Shown piece after piece: positions 1-12,675 of a stretch of 64,000 nucleotides of DNA. The position numbers and the translations under genes are program-made. The DNA comes from Eledone cirrhosa (Eukaryota): contig OZ024743.1 in assembly GCA_964016885.1 (NCBI GenBank), forward strand, positions 58,714,001 through 58,778,000, written 5' to 3'. Numbering within the stretch: the stretch's first letter is position 1; each line of letters begins with the position of its first letter. A model generated the notes under the pieces. That model was not told the DNA's origin. It worked only from the letters and a program-made list of their open reading frames with translations, and searched no databases.

Positions 1-295
1 TAGGTTTGTGGTACGGGTAATACAGGGAAGTATCTAAATAAGTGACATCTAAAATATTGGCCCTAGTCATATTTGATTGTATAGTTATTCTAAATTCTAG
101 ATTACTGAAGAACGAGCATATGTTTTTCCGAAACCCATATGGGTTTTACAATATGCCAAAAAAGGCCATCATCTAGGTATAATCCTCCAGTCAGGCCTGT
201 GAGGAGTTGGTGATGTAAGGTGTACAGGTCGACCAGGTCGCTAACATCGGCCGAGTCATTTGCTCTCATACTGACGTCATATATATATATATATA

Positions 296-1197
296 CAGGG
301 TGTTCGGGATAAATTTGAGAGAATAATATTTGGTTGTTTTTTCAGATGTTTTAAATTCATTCATGCCCACTAGGCTTTATTTGAAAGTTTAAACCCTCCT
401 TCATTCATATATGTGATGACAACGAGAATGGATGACTGGGAGCCACCTGAATCATGGAAGAGAATAACTTGTATCATGATGATTCGCGCCGGCCATCAAA
501 ATAAGGAGATTATGGTCGCTGCTCAATGCTCCCTGAACACTGTAAAAACAATCCGACATGAACTGGAGAATTGCAATGGAGACTACGAGGCTATGGCTAG
601 AAGAAAGAAACATAACAGAAGATCTGATTGCTCTCGCACAGCAGAATTCCTCGAAAATCTGCAGAAAAAAGTGTTGGAGGACCCTGGCATCAGAATTCGG
701 TCTTTGTCGCATGAATTGAAGCCCTGGATAACAAGGGTAGCCAATAATAGGCCGTATGTATGGCAGCTGGATTCGGCACCCTGCCACACCCCGGGGAAAA
801 GTCAAAAATGGTTGTCAGCCAAGTTTTACGACTACACCAGTCCCAATGTTTGGCCTCCGAACTCCCCTGATCTTGACCCGATGGACTATTATGTATGGGG
901 CGCTGTAGAGAAAGACACCAATCGCCGTGCCAGTACTACAAAAGCCCAGTTAATCGACAGAATTAAAGTAGTTTTTGAGGGCCTTCCCAGGCAAAGTGTA
1001 AAATCAGCTTGCTCTAGGTTCCGGGCCCGGATTGAGGCTGTAATAGACGCTAATGGAGGTTATTTTGAGTAAAACTCTTTGACAATAGTGTAATTTCCTT
1101 CTCCATTGAATTTCTTTTAAACCAAATAAATTTTGTAGATACCAAGCACTTTTTCTTTTTTCCTGATGAAACTGTCAAATTTATCCCGAACACTCTG
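296..1197 (+). mobile_element. Tc1/mariner DD37D (maT-type) DNA transposon, internally deleted
   Basis: 23-bp TIRs CAGGGTGTTCGGGATAAATTTGA (296-318) and its complement (1175-1197, 1 mismatch), TA on both sides; encloses a transposase ORF. Confidence 0.92.
413..1072 (+). CDS. Truncated DD37D transposase (N-terminal HTH region fused in frame to the C-terminal half of the catalytic domain)
   Basis: QLDSAPCH...WPPNSPDLDPMDYYVWG with 37 residues between 2nd and 3rd D; ends ANGGYFE; the first catalytic D region is absent. Confidence 0.8.
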   Translation: MMTTRMDDWEPPESWKRITCIMMIRAGHQNKEIMVAAQCSLNTVKTIRHELENCNGDYEAMARRKKHNRRSDCSRTAEFLENLQKKVLEDPGIRIRSLSHELKPWITRVANNRPYVWQLDSAPCHTPGKSQKWLSAKFYDYTSPNVWPPNSPDLDPMDYYVWGAVEKDTNRRASTTKAQLIDRIKVVFEGLPRQSVKSACSRFRARIEAVIDANGGYFE

Positions 1198-1204
1198 TAT
1201 ATAT

Positions 1205-1290
1205 CTTTCACCGCATTTTTGACTAAAGGAATTTTAGCCTGATAATGGGGTTTCAGGCTAAAATTCCTTTAGTAAAAAATACGGTGAAAG
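1205..1290. repeat. Short fold-back (38-bp arms, 10-nt loop), possible micro-MITE
   Basis: CTTTCACCGCATTTTTGACTAAAGGAATTTTAGCCTGA / TCAGGCTAAAATTCCTTTAGTAAAAAATACGGTGAAAG, 2 mismatches. Confidence 0.8.
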
Positions 1291-1361
1291 CTATTCTATT
1301 TTCTAATTTCAAACCTGCTCACTGTTTCAAAACATACTTACTTGATATATATATATATATA

Positions 1362-1548
1362 GTTATACTTGAGGAGAGTCATATTGTTGTAATAATATTG
1401 CCAGAAACAATAACAGAACACACTCACTGGTTCGCTTTCGCTTCTGTATCTTTTATATCTCCATAGCGAAAATCACCCAAACAGTAGCGTGTTCGGTTAT
1501 AATTTCTGGCAATATTATTACAACAATATGACCCTCCGCAAGTATAAC
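1362..1548. mobile_element. MITE with ~60-bp terminal inverted repeats
   Basis: GTTATACTTGAGGAGAGTCATATTGTTGTAATAATATTGCCAGAAA... mirrored by ...TTTCTGGCAATATTATTACAACAATATGACCCTCCGCAAGTATAAC; abuts (TA)n. Confidence 0.75.
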
Positions 1549-1620
1549 AATATTTGTTTCGACACACTATTTCATATCAAAAACCTTGCAAAACAAATTC
1601 ATCGCCGTCACACACACACG

Positions 1621-1696
<76 letters not shown>

Positions 1697-1781
1697 GATA
1701 TATATGTGTGTGTGGGTGTGCATGTATGTACGGGTTTATGTACGGATGTGTGTACCTGGTCATCAGAGACACGGACTCCCA

Positions 1782-2225
1782 TGATAAACACCAACCAGCG
1801 TGAAACAGACTGACAGCTTCTCTCCCTTCTTTCGCCGAAATGAAGTAAGTGACATAGTCACTATTTTGAAACTGATAGCGTATGGTCTTCTAAATGTTTT
1901 TAATCAAACAAATGGTAAATTGCCAAATATACAATACATACATTCATGTATACATCGCTATTTCAGAGCACCAATCCTAATACCTAATTTTTGCTGGACC
2001 GGCAATCGCTCAGAATAATCAGCTCCTGATTATTACTGGAATTCTATAAGAATCCAGCTTCTATAATTGTCGGTGGAAGAGGGGAATAGGTGGCTCTGAT
2101 GAACACCAACCAGCGTGAAACAGGCTGTCAGCTTCTCTCCTTTCTTTCGCCAATAAGAAGTAAGTGACATAGTCACTACTTTAAAACTGATAGCGTATGG
2201 TCTTCTACATGTTTTTAGTTAAACA
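1782..2225 (+). repeat. Direct repeat, 315-bp period, each copy starting in a hammerhead motif (retrozyme-like partial dimer)
   Basis: 1782-1910 repeats at 2097-2225; no ORF. Confidence 0.8.
2092..2133 (+). ncRNA. Type I hammerhead ribozyme (minimal)
   Basis: GGCT-CTGATGA-ACACCAACCAGCGT-GAAAC-AGGCT-GTC-AGCT; stem III ACAG/CTGT; weak stem II. Confidence 0.75.
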
Positions 2226-3029
2226 TACTGTGTGTGTGTGTGTGTATAAATAAATATATATATATATATACACATATTTTTATATGTATATGTGTATATT
2301 TATAGATATGTATGTATGCGTGTATATTTACACATGTGGGTGTTTGTGTATTTGTGTGTGATAGTGTGTTTGTGTGAGCATGTGGGCCTGTGTGATATTG
2401 TAAGGACCTGACCAGTTTGTCGACTTTAACAAGGCATGTTAATACACCCACTAAAAGAAATTCCGTTTGTCTGCTTAACATAATTGAACCTTGAAAAAAA
2501 ATATATGTGTGTGTGTGAGTGGGTGTGTGTGTGTGTTTGTGTGTGTGTGCGCGCGCGCGCGCGTGTGTGTATGATTGTAGACACCTAAGCATTTTTGCAG
2601 AACTCAGCTTCCTTTAGCAGTGTATTTTAATATTGCCACTCAATGAAAACCCTTTGTTTGCTTAGAATAAAGGAACCTTGAAAATAAGGAGTACCTGTCA
2701 GTGTATATGTGTTTGTCTATAGGTAATTAACGTGAATTTACTTTTGCCTTTGTACTTTTCTCTAAATATATTTTTTTTTAAAGAATCCCCATTCTTTAAA
2801 TCCATCAGCCAATGACCTCCACATATCCCAAACACCAACCCCTACCATCAGCAAATGTATAAATACCACCACATTACATTGACAGTCGGCTTTCCTGATG
2901 ATTTCCTCGAATGAAATAGATCTAATCCTGTAGAAGTCATTTCTATATCAATTATTCATACTCTGCTATATATTGAGTACCTTACTTACTGTGGTTACCT
3001 TCCGATTAAATCCGGGATAAACATATTTA

Positions 3030-3114
<85 letters not shown>

Positions 3115-3449
3115 GTATGTGTGTGTGTGTATGTGTGCATATTTGTGCAATTGATTGTGTATCAATTTTAAAATCAGATATATTTTGTCTCAAGAAAAGG
3201 AATAGCACCAATGGAATGTGCAGGCCTTAAATTAGTAGTGGATATTAAAAAGAATACGTTTCTGAAATGTATTCACCGCGAAAACCGTAGTGCTGTGGTC
3301 CGTTTATTTGGCAGGCGACACGGTAACGGTAAAGAATAAGGAAGTTCTTGTTGATATAAACGAACGCGTGTTTGTCTAAATGCCTTCAGCTAATTATCCA
3401 TTGTCTAGTTATGGATATGATATATGTATTTTAGCAGTAGCTTAACGTA

Positions 3450-3765
3450 TCATCATCATCACCATTCTACGTCCATTTTTTTAGGCTAGCATATGACAGA
3501 AGTATTGTCCTGTTGTGGGCAATGCTTGGTCAGGTGACCATGTCTTGTTCATACAGAATTGATTTTGGCTTGGTTTCTACAGCTGGAAACTCTTCCTAAC
3601 GCCAACCTCATTTACAGTGAGTACTGGTGATTTTTATCTTGTCACCTACATGAAAGCTTTACAGCGTGGACTGGGTGCTTTTTGCGTGACACCTACACGT
3701 CCAATTTAGAGTGTGGGCTTGGTGCTTTTTGTCATAACTCATACACGTCCCATTTACAGTGGAAG
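3450..3765. repeat. Interspersed repeat fragment with three ~48-bp tandem units
   Basis: Units TTTACAG..G.ACTGG.TG.TTTTT...GTCACCTACA at ~3611, ~3658 and ~3705; (CAT)n at the left end. Confidence 0.5.
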
Positions 3766-3889
3766 GGGGCGCATACTGTTTATATGCTTCAGCTCCGCCC
3801 TGCAGACGTGGGAAGTCGGGTGTTCTGTATTACTGCGTAACGCCAGAGATCTCGGTCCTGTGTCGTTGCCTTTGAGAGGTGCAATTAGG

Positions 3890-4330
3890 CAATTTCAGCT
3901 TTTATCACCTCATCCCAAGTCTTCCTGGGTCTTCCCATTCCAAGACTTCCATCGACTTTGAGCGTTTTGCACATTTTTATGCAGCTGTCATCCTTTATAC
4001 GCATCACATGTAGATACCAACGTAATCTCCTCTCCTGCACACAACATTTGATTCCTTTTATGCCAAGTTTCTCTTTCAGCTCATTTATGATTTACCGTTT
4101 ACGAATATTACTATTACACATCCATCGTAGAATGCTTTATTTCTTTCCAATCTACGCAATTCTTCTGCACGCAGCGCCAAAGTCGCACAACCAGCCAAAT
4201 TTGTTGTTAGTATGCATGCATCATACAGTCTGCCTTTCATTTTTAGGGAAAAGCCTTTTGTAGATCACTGAACTTCTCTTTCAGCCCAGATCAACCGCAT
4301 CTAAGGGCCTGCATATTTCATGAACACTGT
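3890..4330 (-). mobile_element. RTE-clade LINE 3' ORF fragment, degenerate
   Basis: Minus strand reads ELKEKLGIKGIKCCVQERRLRWYLHVMRI...GRPRKTWDEVIK, a typical RTE C-terminus. Confidence 0.7.
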
Positions 4331-4626
4331 CTATGCATCTTAATTAAACCCAAAACAAGTATAAATATTTAAAAAGATAGTTAGCTTACGATGATCCGGA
4401 ATATGTAATATTAACGAAGTTCCTGTCATGTGAGTATCTTGGACGAAATTTTACACATGTGTATTTTTCCCATAAGTGCATGCCCTTTAACATGTCCTGC
4501 TTGAAGTTATATGGAACTGAAAATGATAATGTAAACAGTAACAATTAAGTATCAATATATATTAGATCATTAGGTAGCAACGTCGATCAGGGGGCAGCAA
4601 TATATATATATATATGTGTATATGAA

Positions 4627-5555
4627 TAGGAGAGCAGTGAAAATCCTTGCTGGTACTTCCATAACCAGCCGAAGTGGAAGACTACTGAGGGGCACCCTGA
4701 TGGAGGCGAAATTGATGGCAACCAGCCTAAGGTTTAGGAAGAATCCGGAGAAGATGTGGACTTACATCTCTGATATGCACCTGTCTAAGTCCCAGATTGA
4801 TTTAATTCTGGTGACGAAAAAGTGGCGGAATAGTGTTCTGAACACAGAACCTTACAATTATTTCAGTACACTGGGCAGTGGCCACCAGCTTGTTATGAGT
4901 GAGGTCTGGGTCAGCTTAAGAAAGAGTAAGGCTCATCACCGGAGGGCAATCTATGATTGGGGAGTTTTCAGGGGAGGTACACAGTAGGAGTGAGGAACAG
5001 GTCCAATGTTCTACGTGGAGAGGCAGAGGAGAGGCAGAGGAGAGAGAGATTGGATGGGCTGAAGAGAGTGTAACGAGGAGATAAGGGTACTTTACCATTG
5101 CAATGGCCGAAGTTAGTGTGACCCTGGTGCCGAGGAGAGAGAAGAAGAGGAAACGCGTCAGTTCTGCAGACCCAAATGTTTGTGCGGCCAGGAACACCTG
5201 ATAACTGCCAAGGACGTATTCTATGCTGATCCTACGGAGGAGTAGAAGGAGAATATGGAGGTGATGAGGGAAGAACTCAGGACCGCTTACACTGAGGCCG
5301 GAGTGGGGTGCTGATAGAGAAGATCAGAAGTGTCGAGAGAGCGGTTGACAGGACTAGGTGTAAAGAGAGCTGGATGATCATCAAAGAGATCACAGGGAGG
5401 AAGTGAGAGGCTTCGAGTCAGATCCAAGGAACAGGGCCCGATGTTAGGAAGAGGAAATGGCTGGACCATTTTAGGACCATACTAGGAGTGTCACCCTCCA
5501 CAGCCCAGAACACTGGGGATATCAGGCAGCTGTTTGAGGAACTGGATATTGAGAC
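4627..5555 (+). mobile_element. LINE fragment (end of APE endonuclease plus linker), degenerate
   Basis: WTY...SQIDLILVTKKWRNSVLNTEPY..FSTLGSGHQLV resembles the APE ID.IL...SDH motifs; stops and frameshifts follow. Confidence 0.7.
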
Positions 5556-6059
5556 TTTTTTTGTTTTGTCAAACTGGAAGTATTCATGTTCAGCGGTCTA
5601 ATACGATTATAAAAAGAAACAAATAGAACTATATGTAATTACTTATAAGAGTTTAAGAAGGCGGTGCAATCGTTTGAACTTTGAATAACAGGCTTTAAAG
5701 TATGTTTTGCGTTTCTTTACTATCTGACCTCCAATAACTATACTTTTAATCGTTCCGGGATCGATAGCATAAATACTAATAAAATTTGGGTGGTTATAAT
5801 TAATATAATTCTAATCCAAATTACAGGTGTTTTCCCTGAATTAAAAGAAACATTATAAGCATTTAACTTAGAATAAAACGAAACAAATTATTTTTCACCG
5901 GCATTAGTAAGTATAACCAGAAGATGAGTATTCAGTTTGTTCAAGCAAAAGTACACTCTGCTGATTACATCAATGTATTAGTAGCTGAGCGCGCGATAGA
6001 CTGGTGGACCCTGAATGTAATTCTCAAGCAGATTCAGCTTCATACATCTAGTGAAAAGG

Positions 6060-6255
6060 CTGTCCTTTTGAATCACAGATACGGTCAATTCGAAGGCCTT
6101 CCAACAGTTTCTGTCAACATAATTTCACTCAAAATGCATAGGTCAACTGGAGGATATGGGGAAGGACACTTCTTCAAGATGCCATGCAATGGCATCGAAC
6201 ACTAGTCTTAATGAATGCAAAGCGAACATTTTAGTATTTCGCCATTCTGCGGCGA
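6060..6255 (-). mobile_element. Degenerate tRNA-derived SINE (second family)
   Basis: Minus strand has A-box-like TGGCGAAAT and B-box-like GTGTTCGATGCC followed by GGCATCTTGAAGAAGTGTCCTT. Confidence 0.45.
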
Positions 6256-6779
6256 ATCGAATCGTACATCTGTTATACTAAACTAGCCTGTTTTATCATT
6301 ATTCAAAAGCGTCTGTCTACCATTTCTCGCCTTTATTGGAAGGGTTTGTTTTGCTAAAATCAGAGTCTCTGAAAATCAACACGGAATATTGCATATGAAC
6401 GAATAAAAACTGTAGAAATAACAAAAGCATTATGCTAAAGATTGACAAAGAAAATAAAGAACATTTGAATGCTACATTACACAATCACATACCACAGTAG
6501 CTGGAAAATATAAAACTGCGTTACAAATCTATAGTTTGCCGAACATGACGTAGATCAAAAGATAACGTTTTTGTCAAAAGGGTGTGAGATCAACAAGGAA
6601 CGACAACACCATGTAATACAACAATAGCAATTCTTTTTGAGAAGATGCGAGCATTACTCTCTCATTCTTAGTCTCAGGCCATCCTCGGTATGTTCGTCCA
6701 TCTTTTAAAATATGTAGTGGTGAGCATCAGTTCTCACTCCACCTACAGATTACATTCCAAGAGGAATTTGAAAAAGTTG

Positions 6780-7760
6780 ATGAGGGCTTGACCGAAGAGG
6801 AAAGTTTCTGTCTTCACTAATTTCAGTCACGAACACCACGCAACGTCTGTCAACACAGCTGCCAGACAGAGGAAAACAGTCAGTCCACCTCGACTAAAAG
6901 AGCTAGCGAGGTGATCTTCACGATGGAATCGGGCGATACCGGATTTGTCCCATACGAGATAATAGAAGCATTGGACGGATGCGAGCAGAATGGTTTCATC
7001 TCTGCGTCCATCTCGCACAGCTCCGTCTGACAGCAATTCCATACCTATAGAGTTTGTTATGAAGCAGTAGTGCCATCCGGTAGTATTGCCAGGCTAGGGA
7101 TTTCTGTAAATTATCTATAGTTCCTGGTCTGAAAGTTCTCCGGATCAGACTGGTTTGTGTGTTCTTATCAACGCCTGGATTTTCCTCGAGAACGTCGTCC
7201 CATCACTAGTCCCTTATAAAACGCTAATGTGGAATATCCACTTAACACATTGCTCGATTGGTAGTAGGCTGTGTACACTAGAAAATATTTCACAGACCAG
7301 AAGGACAGACTTTAGCCTTTGCTTGACCCAAGATTGCAGCTCACTCAAGGAAACGAATTATGTAAAGATGCGCCTGAAAAATGGTGAACACAACAGTTTG
7401 CTGTTCAGGAATATCTGTTGATGCGGGAGCCGTATCGCATGTTTGCGCATCCCCAGCCATGGTATATCCTAGTACCCGATGTAAAGGGCGTTTCCAGCAA
7501 ATGGACCGCCTGAACATTGAAACCTATCCCTTTTGGAAGAAGTAGAAGAGCAGATGCTCTATCTTTGTGAAGCGCAAAAGGAAGCAAGGGGTGTTGGTAG
7601 TAGTTGGAGAGTTTGGCAATTCAAAACTAACCATTCTACAAGAAGTGGAAGAGCAAACGCTCAGGCCGGGTGAGGCGCAAACTGGAACAAATTCGACGGC
7701 AACGCAGTAATATATGACGTTGGCAATGGATGTGTTCGTCCCCTATGCTCGACCTTTTAG
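6780..7760 (-). mobile_element. Degenerate Tx1/L1-like LINE ORF2 3' fragment
   Basis: Minus frame FYFFQKG.VSMFRRSICWKRPLHRVLG aligns with FRFLWKGRAPMVRRSFCCQHPLRGGLG of the 39.2-40.5 kb copy. Confidence 0.6.
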
Positions 7761-8231
7761 TAGTAGATACACAAATAGATGGGGAAAACGAAAATGATAT
7801 TTCCCATAACATTAATAACAATTGAAGGGATTGTTCTGGTAATACTAATTAGTAGAAAATGCTCCAGATAAAGTTACTTCCAGAAAACAAAAAGGATACG
7901 TGCGAGAGGTCTTTCTGGCCCGTGGAATAGATGAAGGAACCGTGAAGAATGAAAACATTTCCTTAGTACGTTAGGCAATACTTCTATATGGTCTCAAAAC
8001 TAAAGTAGGTGGGATACATACTAGCCTATATCTGGTACATTGCGTGTTACATCTACAGGGCTGAAGGTTATAGAAGAGTGTCTCTGGTTTTTAAGACTCA
8101 GAAAAAGACAAAGTGTTATGTAGTCTTAGCGTATTATATAACTGCTCAGAGAGACATTGTTAATAAGGTCGTTTGTCGATACTAGGCTCATCGTTAAACT
8201 TGAAATAATATAGTGTCAAATGGTGTTACTA

Positions 8232-8418
8232 TTTTCTGATTTAGGCACAAGGTCAACAATTTTGGAGAGGGGAAATTGATGAAATCGACCTTGTGCGATA
8301 CTGGTACTATATTTTATTTACCTCGTAATTATAACAGGCATAGCTAACATCGGCGGGATTTGAAATCAGAACGTAAAGGGATGTAACTCTATGTCTGACA
8401 CTACCAATCCACCGAGTC
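8232..8418 (-). mobile_element. tRNA-derived SINE (main family), diverged
   Basis: Shares GGCACAAGG...CTGGTACT...TCGGCGGGATTTGAA.TCAGAA with the other copies. Confidence 0.7.
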
Positions 8419-11400
8419 GGATCTGTTTTCGATGATCAGTTGTTTCAAATGTACTGGAAACATTTCGAAAATTCATCGTTTTCATCACCTTGGTCCTCTA
8501 TCCCCCTCATTGCCTTCCAATAACAATTCCATTAAACTCACAGCAGTACTCCGTTCTTTATGAGAACCTTGTCTGAAGCAATTCTTCTGAAGTTGACTCC
8601 AGTGAATACGTTGGTTGGCCTTGACCATATTTGGTATGACATTTCCTCGATAAGATGTCCGCCTATTGTCTACATTTCACTCTTCACTATTTCCTTCTCC
8701 CCACAACAGTAACAGGATTTCAGAATTCACTCCCACCTATCAGTTTCCTTTACACAATGACGGAAGATTAAGAAACAGTTTGATCAGTCTAGAAGGGTTA
8801 TGGACAATTCTCGTGATCTTTCATTAACTTGTAATTTTAATATTTGTAAAATGGAGAGAGAAAACTAGTATGGCTTTAAGAGTAAAAGAGGGCGCATATA
8901 CTTACCATTAGCCATTTGATAAGGTATCACACCATCTGTCCAACGATTTAATTGTGATCGTACAGCAGCTCTTTTACGTCTACCTTCGGGTCTATAATGA
9001 TAAGTATTAAATCAGTGTTAATACCTATATTAATGGTAAATAAATTAAACAGAATAATAAAATCCTTGTTTGGAAGAATTATTAGTTATATTATAGCTTT
9101 GATCTACGTTTGATAAGAAATCTAATTATTTGGAGAAGAAAGAGCCAGATAATATTATGTTGGAGTTCCCTTCAGGGGTAAAACTCTATTTTCTAGCTTT
9201 TCCTCTTCTGAGGCAATAGACTGGTCCCAGATACTCAGATTTTAAGAAGTCCAAGAAACTTTTTCAGGACATCCGTCTATTCAGATGACGTGCGCCCCAG
9301 ACGATTGAACAAGGGAAAGCATACTCGTGAAATTAACATGCAAGTATGTTTGATTGTTCGTGTGTATATATATGTATGCATGCATCCATGTATGTATGTA
9401 TGTATGTATGTATGTATGTATGTATGTATGTATGTATGTATGTATGTATGTATGTATGTGTGTATGTACGTAGGTATGTATATATACATATATATATGTA
9501 TGTAAGTTTGTATGTATGTATATGTGTATGTATATATGTATGAATGTATATATGTAACTATGCTCGAATATATTCATGTATGTATGTATGTGTGTATGTG
9601 GGAGGGGGGGGGGTGTATGTGTGTTTGCTTGTTTGTCCAGACCCAGGTATGACAGAATCTGTTACGCTTCCGCTATGAGTAAATGCCCAAGGATGGAAAT
9701 ACATTCTAGTTGACAATATTGTGATATAAGCTAGAATAAAAAATATTTATTTAGAATGAAACACCTAGCCAGACATTACTAAATTCCCATCAAACTTTGA
9801 TGTAAATTGTAAACTGTCTTAGTGTTAAAAACAGTCGAACATCTTGAAGTGATATTCACCCTATTCATTAATCAGTCAACATCTCATGATTTATTTGGTA
9901 CATAGTGCTGGCGCTATTAATAAGCCACCCAGAGCGAATAACATATATGACAGCAATCCTGAGCCTTAAAGAAATAGAATTTTTTATAAGTTTGTACAAT
10001 AAAGTACAGTATATAATAGCCTCTTTCGAACAGTAAATTAACGACTAAACATCTTGTAGCGTAGAATCCAAATATGGAGTGTCGTATGCCATTATGATTT
10101 GTCCCATGAATAGGCATGGCTGAGTGTGGACTGTGTGATAGAAAATATTGGCTATGTAATTTTCTTTGTGTAGTCAGAGCAATACACTGATATTCTTTTT
10201 TAAATTGTTTTTACAGAAAATGACGCACACTGTAGAGGTTGCCTAGGGCACTGGATACCGAACCGCCAGGACTAGGTATGCCATATCAATGTATAAGATT
10301 ATTTTTACTAACACCAATAAATATGTTGTGTAATTCTTTCTAATATTTCTTTTTCGTTTTAGAAACTTTTTTATTCAGAGAACAATTCCTTTCAACACAT
10401 TTAAGAATCATTTAAATGTTACTTACTGTTCCGTTTGAGGAATACCATTTCCGGTTACTTCTACGCTGGGAACTGAATAAAATAAAGAGCATAGTCTATA
10501 ATACATGAACTATCAAGAGTGGTAAAATATAATTTACTTGAATGGAATCAACGTTAAGATATTTCGGAGTCGTCCTTGTATGGTAAGTGACTGGATTCGA
10601 GACCGATTTTTGAAAGTAAAATAATTGATCTGTGGAAGAGTGGTTTTAGCGAAAGATGGATATATTGTGGAAGAGACTTGATCTAGGACTGTGTTGAAAG
10701 TAAAACAATTAAAGCGGGGAAATATTCATTTTAGCCCTTTAGAATACACACAAAACAGTTGGCATTGATTTCTTGTGAGTCGCATTATATTTTCGTCAAA
10801 TTGTGTGGGCCGTTGTTAGAGACAGTGCAACAAAAATGTTGACACCAATAAATACATGATAATTAAAGAATATAATTAACAGTATCTCTACTTTATAAAG
10901 GGTTAAAGTGACTCTTCCTCCACGTAAAAGTTAAGATGCTGTAGTAAGAAGTCGTTAGTGTTCGGTAACTCTGATATACTCACCTGTGTCAGTTACAACA
11001 ACCGGTTCTTCAGTAACCTGAAAAGATGCAAAAGAGACAATACCTAAGCTTTATGTTTGTAGGTGTGTGTATGTGAAGGCTTGTGCCTTTCTGGTTCGGG
11101 TTTTCAGCTCACAACTTTATTGTGTCATGAGTTCAAATAGACGTATATGTCCTCAGCTAGTCTTCTTGACTGGGCTGTAGATCTGGTTTAAGCGAACACC
11201 GACAGAGAGCTCTTGATAATTGGAATGACGTGAAGCACTAACAGTTCTTTGCCAATCGAGCAGTACGGTCGGAGGAAACGCCACTTTGGCTTTCTATAGG
11301 AGCATATTGGCAATTAAAAGGACCGCATGATCCTTATGCATGCCAGAAGAAGGCTGCTCTTTAACAGAATAATGCTGCTCTTTAACCAACACAAGCGGGC

Positions 11401-11689
11401 CATTCGACGTGCGCATGTGCTCGTATTATGGAACATGCGTATGTGATTTGGGCAGTCTATGGGATATATATCCATCTGTGCGCTTCGGTATATAGACGCT
11501 CTTGCAATATCATTACAAATGGACACACCCTATATAGATTCAACAACGAGATTATACAATCTTTCAAATCATTCGTCTTAAAATAGCTAAAGACAATAAC
11601 CGTACCAGTGCATAATTCCTACATGTAACACTAGAGCTAAATAATAGCAGTGAAAACCACGTATAACTGACCAAACGAGGTCAGTATTA

Positions 11690-12170
11690 ACTTAATGTTA
11701 AACTCCAAAATTATTATAACAATTAAGTCATCATTACCCAACCAAATCTTATGCTCATATAGGATCGGAAACGCATGTCCTCTGGTAGAGACATGCATGA
11801 CAGAGGCCGTAGTCTACGAGACAAAAGTAAATTTGATTAACCACCAATATCATGAATATCATGAGGTACATCATTGTTATCGAATGATAAGTTAAAGCAT
11901 AATACAACAATCATTCGGCGTCGTTCCGACAATTTAAAAATTGAACACGCTTAATCTCTCCAGTCATATATGAAAGCTAAAACAAGACTGTACGGACTAC
12001 AACATAAGGTGGGAGATACAGGAAAAAGGTTAACATTACATCACTCGTTGTAAGAATTGCAGGCTCTGCAACTAAGAGAAATGATTTATATGGAGAAATT
12101 CGCTGGTCCAAATCTCATGCATCAAATCTTGGCGTGAAATATATAAGCCATTTCCACACAGCACTGATTA
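11690..12170 (+). mobile_element. Penelope-like element GIY-YIG fragment, degenerate
   Basis: CSYRIGNACPLVETCMTEAVVYETKV ... YNIRWEIQEK ... CKNCRLCN.EK. Confidence 0.7.
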
Positions 12171-12195
12171 TGAGAAGAGCGCTCAATAAGGATTA

Positions 12196-12248
<53 letters not shown>

Positions 12249-12610
12249 CAGCAATAGCCGTCGAAACGGCTTAATCTCTGCTGATGGGCTCATACATTTT
12301 CCTATATATATATAAGTTGTAATAAAATGAAAACGAAATTTCATTTCTCACTCTTAGTACGGCACTTACTTAAATGTAAGTATGTATGTATACGTACATA
12401 CATATATGTATACAGACGTACAGTAGCATGCATATATATATATATATATATACATACAGGTACACATACATATATGCACGTATCAGTTTAGCGGACACTT
12501 ATTATAACGCCCGTTTTGTTCGTTTGTAAACAAACTGAACAGCCTGAATTTATGCCGTACGAAGTTAAGGCAACCACGTCACCTTTTTGTTCAACACTGA
12601 CACAGGAACG

Positions 12611-12675
<65 letters not shown>

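Noticed and set aside
101-150. CTGAAGA...GAAACCCATATGGGTT and the similar motif at 2894-2930
   Set aside because: Probably decayed hammerheads, but stems I and II pair poorly, so they are not listed as features.
1163-1176. CTGATGA...GAAAC near the mariner end
   Set aside because: The boxes overlap with no stem II; it adjoins the TIR.
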